From Octopus vulgaris (Eukaryota): 64,000 bases of DNA. The notes under the pieces are model-generated. The model was not told the origin of the DNA. It saw only the letters and a list, made by a program, of their open reading frames with translations, and searched no databases. Positions 40,004 through 53,646 of this stretch are shown in pieces. The stretch lies in the NCBI GenBank assembly GCA_951406725.2, contig OX597819.1:63302001-63366000 (forward strand), in the 5' to 3' direction. The position numbers and the translations under genes were made by a program. Position 1 is the stretch's first letter, and every line of letters starts with the position of its first letter.

Positions 40004-40643
40004 TTCGTGGCACTTTTATTATAGTAATATTTGTTCTCATTTGAATGTTATGGGAATAAAATTTCCCTTTGATTTATTTTGTTTATATCAAAATTATATT
40101 TTTCTTTTCCCCGTCATATCATTAATTATATTATAACTAATCATGTTGTATAAATAATTCCCTTATGCATATATGTTATGATCAAAGGTAAACTAAATGC
40201 GTGTGCATGTATACATTAACGTCGCTTCTTTTCATACTATATAGATACATATACAGACGCTTAAATCTATTTACAATCGTAGAGTGGGCAAAGAATCACA
40301 CCAAATACAGAGACAGGCACACACAAGTACGTAAATAATTTTAAAAATACAAACATAACGGAGATGAATAACATACACACAACACATACTATAATATGTT
40401 GGAACCAATATTTTATTACATGTAGCTTAAAGCTAATATTATTCCAAGAAATATTGAAAGGTTTCTCACGAGTTATGTTCACAGACAGCGGTAAGGTTAA
40501 GAAAGGTAAAGCTAAAATCTGTTGCGTGGTAAGTAAATCATGCCAAGTTCAAGCTTAGCTCCTGGTGTGGAGAAATATACTAGACAGAATGTAGTGATCT
40601 CCTTTTCTGAAAATAGGTTAAAATTTTAACTATTTGTTATATA

Positions 40644-41209
40644 TTAGGTTGTCTGGAAAGTTCGTGTCGATTTTTAAAGGAAAGAAAAAGGTCAATAAAT
40701 ACTTGCAATTACATTTTTAATCAACCAAATATGAACCATTTTGTTGCACAATGCGACTCCATCTTTCCTTTAACTTGAAAATACCCTTTTCCCAGAATCG
40801 AGGGGGTTTCATTGCAAAGAATTCCTCAGGGTATCTTTTTACGTCATCCAAGGAATTGAAATTTTTACCATTAAGACTATTCTGGAGAGGCCTGAATAAG
40901 TGGAAATCCGAAGGAGCAGCATCTGGTGAATATGGAGGGTAGGGTAACACATTTCAGCCGAGCTGCAGCAATTTTTGTCTGGTTCCCAAAGCATCAAGTG
41001 CCGAAAATGAACTTCATTATCTTCCATTTTAAAGGGTTACAGAATTTACACATATTATAGGAACATAAACCTTCTTCCACAAAAAGTTAGCTTAAACCGT
41101 GCTCTAAATGACAGTGTAGTAAAATCCTATATTATGAACTCAACCAAGTTCTAAAATAAGACGAAACGTAAGCTAATATAAATCGGCACAAACTTTCCGG
41201 ACAACCCAA
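40644..41209 (-). mobile_element. Internally deleted mariner (~566 bp)
   Basis: TIRs TTAGGTTGTCTGGAAAGTTCGTGTCGATTT / AAATCGGCACAAACTTTCCGGACAACCCAA with TA TSD; N-terminal MEDNEVHFRHLML joined to C-terminal PPYSPDAAPSDFHLF. Confidence 0.9.
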
Positions 41210-41427
41210 TATGATGAAAAGTAAGTACAACTATATCAAGAGCTGAGGATAGGAAGGTGAATGATATATTTTGGGTACCACGGTACATAACGTTTCTGGG
41301 CGTCAGTCCTGATGTTGCTTATACAACGGTTATCTCTGTACCAGTTTTGATAGAACTTATATGCACTAATCGTGGAGATTAGGTCTCTACAAGTTTGACT
41401 TATAGTCATAGTATTTACTTCTGTTCA

Positions 41428-41647
41428 TTTACTTGTTTCAGCCATTTGACTACGGTAATGATGGAGTACCATCTATTTTAGTTGAACAAATCGACACCAG
41501 GACTTATTCATTGTAAGCCTAATACTTATTTTATTGGTCCATTTTGCCGAACAGCTAAGTTACTGGAACATAAATACACCAACATCGGTTGAGACGTGAT
41601 GGTGGGGAAACAAACACAGGCACAAATACATACATACTTGCATACAT

Positions 41648-41700
<53 letters not shown>

Positions 41701-42185
41701 TTTGCTTTTATCTAGTTTCAGCTCACGAGCTGTGGCCATGCTGGGGCACCGCCATTAAATATGTATACACGACGGGCTTCTTTCAGTTTTCCTCTACCAA
41801 ATACACTCGAAAGGCTTTAGTCGGCCTGAGACTATAGCAGAGGACAATTGCCCAAGGTGCCTCCCTGTGAGACTGAACCTGGAACTATGTAACCGGGAGG
41901 TAAGCTTCTTATTTCTTTATTGCCCAGATGGGGCTAAATATAGAGGGGAAAAACAAGAACTGACAAAGAGGGATTAAATCGATTAGATCGACTCCAGTGC
42001 GTAACTGGCACTTAATTCAGCGACCCCGAAAGGATGAAAGGCAAAGTCGACCACGGCGGAATTTGAACTCAGAGCGTAGCGGCAGATGAAATACTGCTAA
42101 GCATTTCGCCCGGCGTGCTAACCTGTCTGCCAGCTCACCACTACTAAGGCGGTAAGCTTCTTACCACACACCCACTCCTGCGCCT
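41428..42185 (-). mobile_element. SINE family A with two nested insertions
   Basis: Colinear halves; tail fragment at 41701-41756 and family B SINE at 41912-42150. Confidence 0.8.
41912..42150 (-). mobile_element. SINE family B (tRNA head plus Meta-like domain), full length with 13-bp TSD
   Basis: TSD GGTAAGCTTCTTA at 41899-41911 and 42151-42163; GCCTTTCATCCTTTCGGGGTCG core; 3' end AATAAAGAAA. Confidence 0.85.
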
Positions 42186-42753
42186 ATATTTATGAATTTT
42201 TTCAACTCAATGCATAATAGGTATAAGCTATTTATGAAAACAAACACCCATCCGAAGAACAATTACGAAAAAAGGTTATTGCACTAGTTTTATCTGCATT
42301 TTGAGAGGAATGAGAATATTGTATAAAGGCTACTTTATACAAATAGCTTTAACTGAAATCTATAGATTTATTCTGTAGTACATTATAGTTTCATAGAATG
42401 ACACTTCAAAAGCATCTGTAATGAAAATGAACAAATTGACATAAATGCATTATTTATGCAATTCGGAGTATACGATCTAATAATTGTTAAATATTAATCG
42501 CTGTGTACTGTGTAGTAAAGTCGGCAGTTAAGAAAAGCGTATGTTGTTGGTATTTAAGCTTTCATTAAGATTGGAGCTGGTACAAATTATCTTTTTGTCG
42601 AAGGAAAGTGAGATTTTGTAAAGCTTCATGCATTTGTTAAACAATTATTGAATATTAGATTGCAGATAATTCACTGTTGTAGAGTGTATATCTGTGTATA
42701 TTATAGACATCGCGTGCTCTTTTGTGTTGTACACACGTTTGCTGGGTAAATGG

Positions 42754-43168
42754 GGTGTAGGAGTGGCTGTGTGATAAGTAGCTTGCTTACCAACCACATG
42801 GTTCCAGGTTCAGTCCCACTGCGTGACACCTTGGGCAAGTGTCTTCTACTATAGCCTCAGCCCGACCAAAGCCTTGTGAGTGGATTTGTTAGACGGAAAC
42901 TGAAAGAAGCCCGTCGTATATATGTATATAGAGATATGTATGTGTGTGTATATATTTGTGTCTGCATTTATCTCCCCCAACATCGCTTGACAATTGATGC
43001 TGGTGTGTTTACATCCTCGTAGCTTAGCGGTTCGGCAAAAGTGACCTATAGATTAACTACTAGGCTTAGAAAGAATAAATCCCTGGGGCGATTTGCTCGA
43101 CTAAAGGTGGTGCTCCTGCATAGCCACAGTCATATGACTGAAACAAGTAAAAGACTAGAGTAAAGAGT
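42754..43168 (+). mobile_element. SINE family A reference copy (tRNA-derived, CORE-like)
   Basis: TGGCTGTGTGA A box, GGTTCAGTCCC B box, GTGACACCTTGGGCAAGTG CORE-like motif, central TA/TG tract, 3' hairpin. Confidence 0.9.
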
Positions 43169-43972
43169 ATGTACACATATGTATACATACGCGCGCGCAA
43201 GACGCACACACACGCATACACACACAATGCATTATTCATAAGAATATTGCCGTGTCTTCGAAGTTTCGGCCATCTATGCCATCACTGGAGTGCGATGCAT
43301 TAAAGTTAAACTTGGCTTTATATAGTTTCTAACTTAGATTAGAAAAACGAACTCCCAGATAGAAAAATAGAAACCAACAATATTTACACCTACCCACATC
43401 CTCTTGTGAACATCAAAGCCGGCGATAAACGGATAGCAGTACTAACAAACACCATGACATGACAGACAAATAACCCTCATCTTCCAAATACAAGATCAAG
43501 GATCCCAAATAACAAGATCAACTAAAGTAACTGAGCTGCAAAACATTCCACCAACTCATATTTCTTTGTGAATCCTTAAAACATTCCATTATGAAAAATA
43601 TGGCACACCAAATTACTAGGTTTTAAATACTGGACTATATTATGAACCTTTGACCTTTACATTGTCAAAGCAATGGATTATATTCAATAAAAAATATATA
43701 ACACAACCTATTGGCTAATATTAGACCTACCTATATCCTTTTCGAAAACCACCAAATAAGCAATCTCAAAACCCCATTAGAACACACCTAAACATACCTG
43801 ATTTTACCTGCTTACAATCCCAAATTTAATGAATAAAACTTCTCCAAAACATCTCACTACCACTACCCACCTATAACCCAATTATTACCTCGCCATTGAA
43901 ACCTTCATACCCCAGGAAGATTCTTAACTCAAGAGAGTCTATATAAAGACAAGATTAACCTCATAGCATCGC

Positions 43973-44013
43973 AGTCCGGTGATGGCTAACCTGAGTGAAA
44001 CATCGAAGTCACT
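43973..44013 (+). ncRNA. Degenerate minimal hammerhead at the end of a CA-rich PLE-like tract
   Basis: AGT CCGGTGA ..GCT aacctg AGT GAAA CATCGAAG TC ACT. Confidence 0.45.
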
Positions 44014-44249
44014 AGCAATATTTAGGAATGATAAAAGTGTATTCTTCAGAAGTACAGAGTAACTGAACATAAAATCGATCATCAATATATATGCATGTAT
44101 TTATATGTATATATATATTTATAATTCTGTAAATAATAATAATAACATTTTATAAGCTTAAAGCTTATAAGAGATCACTGCACAATGACTAAAGAAAATA
44201 GTCTAGATATGGGGTATATAAGCCCCCGTGAGAAAAAGTAGTTTTTTTT

Positions 44250-44322
44250 CTGTTCACGTGGGATTCGAACGCGCACCTCTTTGTTTACGCGACTAAGTGT
44301 GCTACCGTTACACGATCGCAGT
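44250..44322 (-). pseudogene. tRNA-like sequence (SINE head or tRNA pseudogene)
   Basis: A-box-like CGTGTAACGG and B box GTTCGAATCC; no proper acceptor stem. Confidence 0.45.
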
Positions 44323-44443
44323 GAAAAGTATATATTTATGTATATCTATATCCATACCTACCTACCCTCCAATCTATCTATCTGTTTACTATCATCCACA
44401 CACAATCACATACACATATATAAGCATATACATATATATATAT

Positions 44444-44475
<32 letters not shown>

Positions 44476-44536
44476 TGTATAAGCACACACATATATATAT
44501 GTATCTATATATATAGATACATATATATATATAAAT

Positions 44537-44595
<59 letters not shown>

Positions 44596-45091
44596 AAGTA
44601 GGGGCGGGCATGTAGCATCGTGATATATAGGTAAAAATTTATGCAGAGAGCTTTAAATTGAAAAGTAACTCAACAACCTTTATATATCTCATCTTAGATG
44701 CGAATGAGATCCATGTCTTCTAATCCTGAAGCGGATGGGGACCCGGGGGTGTGCGTATGAGTGGTGCTGGAAGAAGTGCGTTTTTTAAAGTCACCGGAAG
44801 TAGAAGGAAAGGAGAAAGTGCTTTCTGGGTCAGGATATTGTGAAGACGGTCGGTATGTGTGTGGTGGTGGTGTGCCTGTGTGCTAACGTGTGCATGCATT
44901 GTAGCGTATGTGTGAGGCAGCAATTGCGTATTTCTGATGTATGTGGTTGCGTGTGTGTGTGTGGTGGTAACTGTGTGTGGCTGCGTTTTGTTTGTGTGGT
45001 CAAGTGTATGTGTGGTATAAACTCTGTGTGTATGAATGGGTGGTTGTGGCTTTGTATGTGTGTGTGCACATGTGTATAGGTGGGTGGGTGT

Positions 45092-45122
<31 letters not shown>

Positions 45123-45178
45123 TTTCTCTGCCTCTGTGTACACATGTGTCTGTGCACGTGTAAGGGTGCGTGTGCGTG

Positions 45179-45220
<42 letters not shown>

Positions 45221-45998
45221 CGAGAATGTGTGTGTCTGCGTGTATATGTGTGTGCACGCATGCGTGTCTGTGTGTGTATGAGTGTGTGTACGGGCACTGT
45301 TCACTACAAGTTCTACTAGGATTGTTTGTTAGCAGACGGTCTCAGTTACCAGCTTCTTCGGCTGGTGTACCACGATAATAATTACATAGTTTTCAAAGTT
45401 CGGCTTATGAGGATACCTGAGACATTGTCTTACACATGCTCATCACATGATCGAACAATGTTTTCCGAAACATAGTTAATTACATTTATATCTGACCTGT
45501 GTAATTTATTTTCCTGATCTCTGAACCGTTCTTTGTCTTACCGCGAAGAATTTTTACAAAAGTATGTGGTAATTCGACAACTGATTAGACTCGCTGAAAC
45601 GTGCAACACGGGACGCTTGGAAGATTAATTTTAGATAGATAAACACATCCTCGCACACATCCTCGCATACATCTACACACAAGCAACCACTCACACACGC
45701 ACGCCCACACACATGTATAAATAAATTGGTAGTTACAGACTAGCAATTTCAAATGCATATATATACATACACATATACAAAAATACATAGATACACACAC
45801 ACATATATATATCTGTGGGTGTATGTACGTGTGTGTATAAATATATACTCTCGTGTATGGATGTATGTGCGTGTTTAGTTTTATACGCATACACATATTG
45901 TATATGTATGCGTATATATCGATTTAGCTACATCTATGTATATCGGTATATATGTATGTATGTGTTTCTCTCTCATTCTCTGTCTGTCTGTATATATT

Positions 45999-46046
<48 letters not shown>

Positions 46047-46885
46047 GAGAGAAAGTGAGAGAAAGATAAAGAGAGAAGGGGCAGAGAGAGAGAGAGGGGG
46101 GAGAGCGTAGGAGTCAGATTATGACCATATCTGTCTATACGAGTGAGAATTAATGTAGTAGAGAGAAAAGGTGGTTAAATTGACAGAAATGGACAGAGAC
46201 GTGGATATAGCGACAGAGGAGGTGTAAGGAGGGAATAAATGATGAGAATTTTTCCAGACTATGTAAGTTATAGAAAGCACTAATTTTGACAATTATGTAA
46301 TACTGTAAACGATGTTATTTTAAACGCACTTATTAATTAAAATCAGAAATTCATTAGTTCCAGAAATGTCTGTGTGTATATGAGTCTACGTGTGTGAGCG
46401 TGTGTATGTTTGTGTTAGTCAGTCTGTCTATTGGTGTGTATGTATACGTGTCAAATTCTGTATATGTATTTATGTGTATGTTTGTGCTATGATGGGAGCA
46501 CATGTTTCTCAGAGATTTTCTATGTATTCGTTTGAGTTTAAGTGCGTGTGTCGACCAAAATAAAACTACATCTGGTTAAAGCAATTTCTTATTTTAGCAA
46601 GATAATTATACATTTACACGTGTTTCACTAGTATACCATGTACCAAACATTGCATGGACGATCGAATAATGCCCTTGTAACGCAAGATCTTAGTTGTTAA
46701 CGTCGGCAGTTGGTAGACTGAGCGAAGATGTGACCTTGGTAAACATAAATGAATTAAATTATATTCTGAGCTTCTGAGCTATAAGTGGATTACGCAATCC
46801 ACTATATTACGATCTTTGTATGATACTCACGTAGTAAATTAGTGAATTTGTACGTTATAATAATAATAATGATGATGATGATGAT

Positions 46886-46939
<54 letters not shown>

Positions 46940-47043
46940 TATTTAATATCTGATTGAAAGATGGGTACAAACGTATTTTCATGGTGTCCTAAACAAAGTT
47001 TAACGGGTATGGTGTATAATTCCAAATGAGCACTTAAACACAG

Positions 47044-47111
<68 letters not shown>

Positions 47112-47278
47112 ACAAAATTAAATAACAGCGCTCACACACTAGGGAAAAATCTTCCCAAAACAGTTAGTAACATCTTAAAATATTTTAGACATTTTAAAAG
47201 TCATAGAATAATAATAAAATTATATAATTAAGTTACAACATAATTAAAAAATCTCCTTTTGTCAAAAACCGTAGACTC

Positions 47279-47310
<32 letters not shown>

Positions 47311-47910
47311 TGTTGTGTCTGGGGAGAGTAATTTTCTTTTTGTGGCTTATAATATAAAACACTCACCGGTGAAAATTCAACTTTTTTTCTTACTTTTATT
47401 TTCCTAAAATTTTCTTTGCGTCTTGCAACCTTTCCAATAGTTTTGACTCTGTCCGTTATTTACACTGCGTTCCTTCTTTTGTTTGCTTGTGCGCATGTGT
47501 GTGGGTCAGTGTATGTGTGTGTGTGTACCTATACATGCATGCATGTACGTATGTATGTATGTATGTATGTGTGTGGATCTGTATGTACGTATCCTGCATA
47601 TTTATGTGCTTGCATGTCCGTGTTTGTGTATTTTCTATGTATGTGTGTGTGAGCATGTGCTTGTATATGTATGCACCTCTGTCTCCTTGTGTGTGCATAT
47701 CTGTGTGTGTCTGTGTTATGCAACTATGTACCATGTTTGTATGTACGGATATGCATCTTTATATGTGTGGATCCGTGTCTCCATATGTGTATGTTCTTAT
47801 AGTCTATGTATCTATCAGTCTGTATAGGCTGTACTTTGAAACATATTTGGTACTGCGAATATTTCATTTATGAAGACGTACTCCTGTATTTGTCTGAGTG
47901 TTGTGTCCGT

Positions 47911-48000
47911 CGGTGTTTGGATAAAATGCGGATGTCAAGTCGACCCAACATAAAAAGCACACTGGGTCGACTTGACACTCGCATTTTATCCAAGCATCCG
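47911..48000. repeat. ~90-nt hairpin-forming inverted repeat
   Basis: TTGGATAAAATGCG..TGTCAAGTCGACCCA / TGGGTCGACTTGACA..CGCATTTTATCCAA. Confidence 0.85.
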
Positions 48001-48014
48001 CTGGACCAAACATT

Positions 48015-48160
48015 CAGAGTTAAGAGAAATGTAGATGATAATCCTAGCGGAACAAGTTGATGTCAGTCTCAGAACAACTGTTAGGTATCTCCGCAAACTT
48101 TGGTTACTACGGCAGAGCAGCAAGAAGGGAGCCACTTCTTTGACCAGCCAACATCAGTCT
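48015..48160 (+). mobile_element. Tc1-like transposase fragment, paralogous to ~49720-49840
   Basis: Shared GAGAAATGTAGA.GATAATCCTAGC.GAACAAGTTGATG...GGTTACTACGGCAGAGCAGCAAG (GYYGRAAR). Confidence 0.65.
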
Positions 48161-48445
48161 CTAGCTCCTTACAGACTTTTTAGACGAAAGATCTGGCAAC
48201 ATTTAAAAGTTAAGATGTTACTAAATGGCTATACTCAGCTTTTATAACCACAGTAATAGCATCCTTCTTCATTTCTTGAGCAAGCTTGGGTCAGCCATTA
48301 TTATTTTCTGAAACAAAGATTATACAGAGTTAGCAAAAAATGCAGCAGTGACCCCAACACGGTATGTCCTCACATAACTTACACACCATGCATACACACA
48401 CACACATACTCACACGCAAACATATATATATATATATATATATAT

Positions 48446-48780
48446 AAAGGTAAAGACCCCCTTCGGTCATGAATGACCATGGGATTGCACCTAGGAAGTT
48501 ACCCTCCTAGACACAAGTCCGGGCAAGGTTGTTTATGGAAGGCCAGCAGTCGCCCATGCATACCAGCCTCCCCTCTCCACGCCACCAGTGTTATCCAAGG
48601 GAAAGACAAAGGTCGATACAGCTTGGCACCAGTGATGTCGCAACTCATTTCTACAGCTGAGTGAACTGGAGCAACGTGAAATAAAGTGCCTTGCTCAAGA
48701 ACACAACACGCAGCCCGGTCCGGGATTCGAGCTCACAACCTCACGATCGTAAGCTCGACGCTCTAACCACTGAGCCATAT
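48446..48780 (-). mobile_element. tRNA-derived SINE (family D) with CORE-like block and TTTACC tail
   Basis: TGGCTCAGTGG A box, GAGCTCGAATCC B box, GTGTTCTTGAGCAAGGCACTT; inside (TA)n. Confidence 0.85.
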
Positions 48781-49189
48781 ATAATAAGAGTAAATAATAG
48801 CTTTAATGGTTTTTAAAATAAAACAACAATTATTTACGGGTATATTTCAGGATGTAAATATAACCTTTAACGGTAGGAACTTCTATAAAAGTTCAATATA
48901 TAGTTTTATATATAAATAAAAGAGGCAAGCAACAGGTTGCTTAGCCACATACCAAAAAATTAGAAATTTCAGTCAAAGACTGTTTATTTCTATTTTCTAC
49001 AAATGTGACTCCACATACGACATATCCCTGTAATTCACATATGCAAAACAGAAGGAAGAAAGAAGGAAGGTTTTATTTATATACAAATATATATATATAT
49101 ATATATAGTCAATAAACATAAATCAGAAAAAAAGTACACACTAAAGAAAAGAGCAATGATTATTAGACAAAAATTAAAATTATGGACAT

Positions 49190-49250
49190 AGAGTTACCAA
49201 AGGTTTCGTATCCAGAAACTCAAAGCTTTGTGGAGAGCTCGTCAGGCTCT
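49190..49250 (-). ncRNA. Type I hammerhead with intact core
   Basis: AGAGC CTGACGA G..TCCA...TGGA TAC GAAA CC TTT GG TA ACTCT; single C.A mismatch at the base of helix I. Confidence 0.65.
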
Positions 49251-49589
49251 AAACAAAGACAAAAAGATTAAACCTTCTACGTCGCGGGCGTGAGGAAATG
49301 CTCAGAAATCGAAATTTACGTCTTGACATAAGAACGTTAATGAAGTCGTTTGTTGCTTAGGCTTTTTGAACTCTTTAAGGGTTGTTTTATGCCCTGGTTC
49401 AGAGGAGACAAACCAGTCCTCATCAACTTTTTTATATGTTAAGACTTAAATCTCGATATCTGAGCGTTTCCTTACGTCCGCGACATGGAAAGTTAACATT
49501 GTTCTTTGTCGTTAACATTGCCACAAGGCTTTGGGTTTGTAGGTACGAAAACTTTGGTTTTGTTAAAATTTTTGTTGTAATATATATAA

Positions 49590-50545
49590 TCATGTTTAAT
49601 TATACCATATGCAAAACAAGCCTCGGAACTGTTTGAATTTCAAGGAGGCCGCATTGTGGGTCCTTCTGAAGGCAGACATAGTCAGCGTAAAATCGCAGAA
49701 AATCTTGGGGTCCCGATTGTGTTAAGAGAAATGTAGAGGATAATCCTAGCAGAACAAGTTGATGCCAGGTAACTCTGCAAACTTGGTTACTACGGCAGAG
49801 CAGCAAGGAGGAAGCCACTTGTTCGACCAGCCAACATCAAGCGGAAAAAGATTGGACCAGTGAGATAGTGGAGAAACCACTAGCATTTTGGGATACTATC
49901 ATATCCTCTGATGAGTCCCAGGATTGCTGCATTTCCTGACAGTGGTAGAGTGTGGGCCTGGAGACTCTGTGATCAAGTATTTGATGTGAAAAGATTGCAG
50001 CCAACAATGAAACACGGCAGCTATTCTGGGGGGCAATTTGGAACAATGGTTGATCAGAGCTGGTGGAGTATAAGAGAAACATAAACCCAGATATATATGT
50101 ATCGCTGAAAGGTCTCCTTCCACGTTTACCAATAATTGAAATGTTTAAAGAAGACTTGTCATACGGCTAAAATAACTCAAGATTTGATGGAAGCGAATGG
50201 CATTAAAAAGTTTCCATGGTCAAGCCAGGCCCCAGGTATGGACCCTAATGAAGACATCTGGTACATAATGGACAAGATACTTCATAAAATGGACAATAAA
50301 ACATCTTGAAGCCTTGGAGATTACTGCACGAAACTTGGCAAGTAATTCCGCACAAGAATATTCGTCACCTGATCAGTAACATGCATAATAGGATCCTTGC
50401 AATGGAAAATGCAAAGGGAATGTCTACTAAATATTAAATTTTCACATTATAACAATTAATAAATAATTTGAATATATCGTTTCAGATTTAAATAAATGGT
50501 AATGATCATAAGGGGTCTATTTACTTGTGTCATGTGTTTGTGTAT
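49590..50545 (+). mobile_element. Degraded Tc1-like transposon
   Basis: RAARRKPL, FWDTIISSDES, QPTMKHG, WSSQAPGMDPNEDIW (from WPSQSPDLNPIE) and terminal G.STKY*. Confidence 0.75.
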
Positions 50546-50654
50546 ATATCTATCTATCTATCTATCTATCCATATATCTATCTCTTCATCTCTGTCCATC
50601 TATCCATCTATCTGTCTGTCTCTCTGCCTGTATCTCTGTCACTATTTATTTATA

Positions 50655-50704
<50 letters not shown>

Positions 50705-51186
50705 TATATACGTGTGTGTGTGTATTATATAATAGAAGACTAGAGATTGTTATAATATATATATTTATATAGACATACATATATATGCATATATATATAT
50801 ATATGTGTATGTGTGTGTGTGTGGTCTTATATATGTGATGTGAATGTAAATGTGCGCTGCATTGTCGAGTAGAAATAGGAACATAATATAAGACTGATCA
50901 GCATGGTGTTCCTATATTTACTTCATTGTTTTCTCGTAAACTTTTTTTTTCTCCCTGAACTACGTGGGTGGTTGGCGGAAATTAATACGATGTTTGTTCC
51001 TCTAGAATTTGTGCTTTCTCTAAATAGTGATACATATAGAATCTTATAATGAAATGGAGCTACTCTGCAGCTAAACTTAGTGGCAAACATAGAATGAAAG
51101 GCGGGTGGAGACTTATATGAAGCCTATATGATACATGTGCGCGCAGTCCATGTGCTTGTCTCTCTCTTGCTTCTATCACTTTCTTT

Positions 51187-51229
<43 letters not shown>

Positions 51230-51297
51230 GATTTTGATTTTTGATTTTGATTTTTCCAGTTTCAGCTTATGAGCTGTGGCCATGCTGGGGCACCGCC

Positions 51298-51349
<52 letters not shown>

Positions 51350-51391
51350 ACATATATATACATACATGGATATATATATATCTGTATATCA

Positions 51392-51429
<38 letters not shown>

Positions 51430-51736
51430 GTATATATACATACATATATATGTATATATACATATATTGAATATGTGTACATCTACGCGCATGTGTACCC
51501 ACGCACACCGGTGTATATGTGTGCGTAGTTTTATGTGTGCTTACTTATATGCGCATGAATATATATTCATTTCATATATATATATATGTATATACATGCA
51601 CATGTATATTTACTTCCATATACGTTTATATGCATACACCCCCATCGCCCCCACACGCACACACATAAACATACTTACACGCGCACACAAACGCATATAT
51701 TCATACATGCATATATATATATTTATATATTTGTAA

Positions 51737-51780
<44 letters not shown>

Positions 51781-52359
51781 CAGCGTGTGCATGTTCATCT
51801 GCGTGTATGTGTAGATACATACTTTGACCTATTACGTGCGCTTGTGAGTGTGCGTGTGTGTGTATAAACATATATATATATATTTATATATTTATTTATT
51901 TACATACACAAACATACTCACACACACACATGTGTGTGTTATTTTACCGTTTGATAAGTCGTCAGATTAAGCGGTATTGCATTCTGGCAGGACATCAAAG
52001 GTATCTATGTGTTCAACTTTCGACATGACTAACACAATCCTATTCTATCAATCACCTTTTGAACCACTCGCCTTCCAACCAACCCACCGCTACCTCCAAA
52101 CGGACTCCCTATCTTCGCCTTGTCTATCCAACTAATATTTAGCATATTCACCATCACAAATTTGTTTGGGGTATTAGCAACAATAGTAGTTTTCGTTGCA
52201 GCAGGAATAATAATAATATTAGCAACAACAACAACAATGATAATAATAATAAAGCCCATATTAAAACGTCCAGTATGGTGTTATTTGATATCTCTGAGTG
52301 AGACATGGGAAAGCTCATATAAAAAAAGCAACCAAAATGTAAAAAATAATAATAATAAA

Positions 52360-53105
52360 TGCTCTGATGCAGTACCAGGCAGAGGCTCTCATCGCTTCTG
52401 ATCTTAATTGATTGGAAGTGTTATCATGTACATTGTTTTGTCTTGGTATAAAAGATGGGCTACAGCAAATAATCTGCTCAGTACCACACATTTGCCTGTC
52501 AGTTGTTTGACCTTAACCAGTTGACCATATCCTTCAGCGGCTGACAATGATATATGCATCTCTGATCAAGAGCAGAAATAGTGGGGGAGCATCATAGCCA
52601 TGTGTTGAGATGAATTCTTTGGGATTTGAATAATTCCCCTCTGGACACATGGGTATTTTGTTCATCAACCTTAAACAACACTTATTCAGGGACCTTTTGA
52701 GCGCTGTTCATCTTGATATGAGATCGCCATGCCGCGCACATATGGTTGTGACAACACGGGACAAATATTATGTGGGTTTACATGAAAGTCGTGTTATTTG
52801 TTTGTCAGTTGCTTATCCTTAACCAGTTGAGCATGTCCCATGGTGGCTGACGATATGTGCATATCCGATCAGATCACGAGCAGAAGTAGTTGGAGAGCAG
52901 CATAGCCATGTGTTGGGAGGAATACTTTGGGGTTTGATGAATTCACCTCTGGAAACATGGAGGTTTTGTTCAACATCCCTGAACAACCCTTATTTAGGGA
53001 ACTTTTCATCCGGATGGACTATTCGACCAGAACAAAATTCTAACTGGGTTTCACCTGCAACGTCATGCGATCACCATGAACCGCACCCATAATTGTGATG
53101 CACGC
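52360..53105 (+). mobile_element. Non-coding interspersed repeat beside (AAT)n, with partial tandem duplication
   Basis: ~52496-52749 repeats at ~52802-53101; distal part matches the reverse complement of 58990-59060. Confidence 0.65.
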
Positions 53106-53143
53106 GTGAGCTGTTCAATACCAGTGAACTAAGATAACACCCC

Positions 53144-53646
53144 TTATTTTTCGAGCACTATCTGCAGGATTCGAGCGGATCCAAGCGGTGCTGTTTTCTC
53201 CAAGTGCTCCACCCTTATTGCAGCCCCTATTTGTTTCATGTACATCTCGAGATTTTTACTCACTGTTACCATGGCACCCACAATGATTGGTACTACTACC
53301 ACTTTTTTCATTGACCACAAGTGCTTACCCTCCCACTCTAACCTGTCATATATATCCAATTTTTTTCTTCCTTATCGCATACGTTATTGTCAGCTGGACA
53401 TGATATATCTATGATTCAGCATCGTTTGCTTTCTTTCTCAATTAGCAATATGTCTGGTTATCTATTCTCTATCTCATGGTCGCAATGAATCATAAAATCC
53501 CATAGGATCTTTGCATTATCATTTTCGATACCTTCGGGTTTATGTCCGTACCAATGTTTGCTCTTTCAAGTCCATACTTGTTGCAAAGTGTCCAATGGTC
53601 AATACTTGTTATGTTGTCATGACGCCTAGTATATTCTTTCTGGTCT

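Noticed and set aside
44250-44322. Functional tRNA gene
   Set aside because: A and B boxes present but acceptor and anticodon stems do not pair; treated as a SINE head or pseudogene.
44670-44725. Possible hammerhead at the end of a CA-rich PLE-like tract
   Set aside because: Only a helix II-like hairpin (ATCTCAT/ATGAGAT) remains; both core boxes are too mutated.
49905-49920. CTGATGAG as a hammerhead core
   Set aside because: It encodes the SDES catalytic motif of the Tc1 transposase; no GAAA/NUH helices follow.
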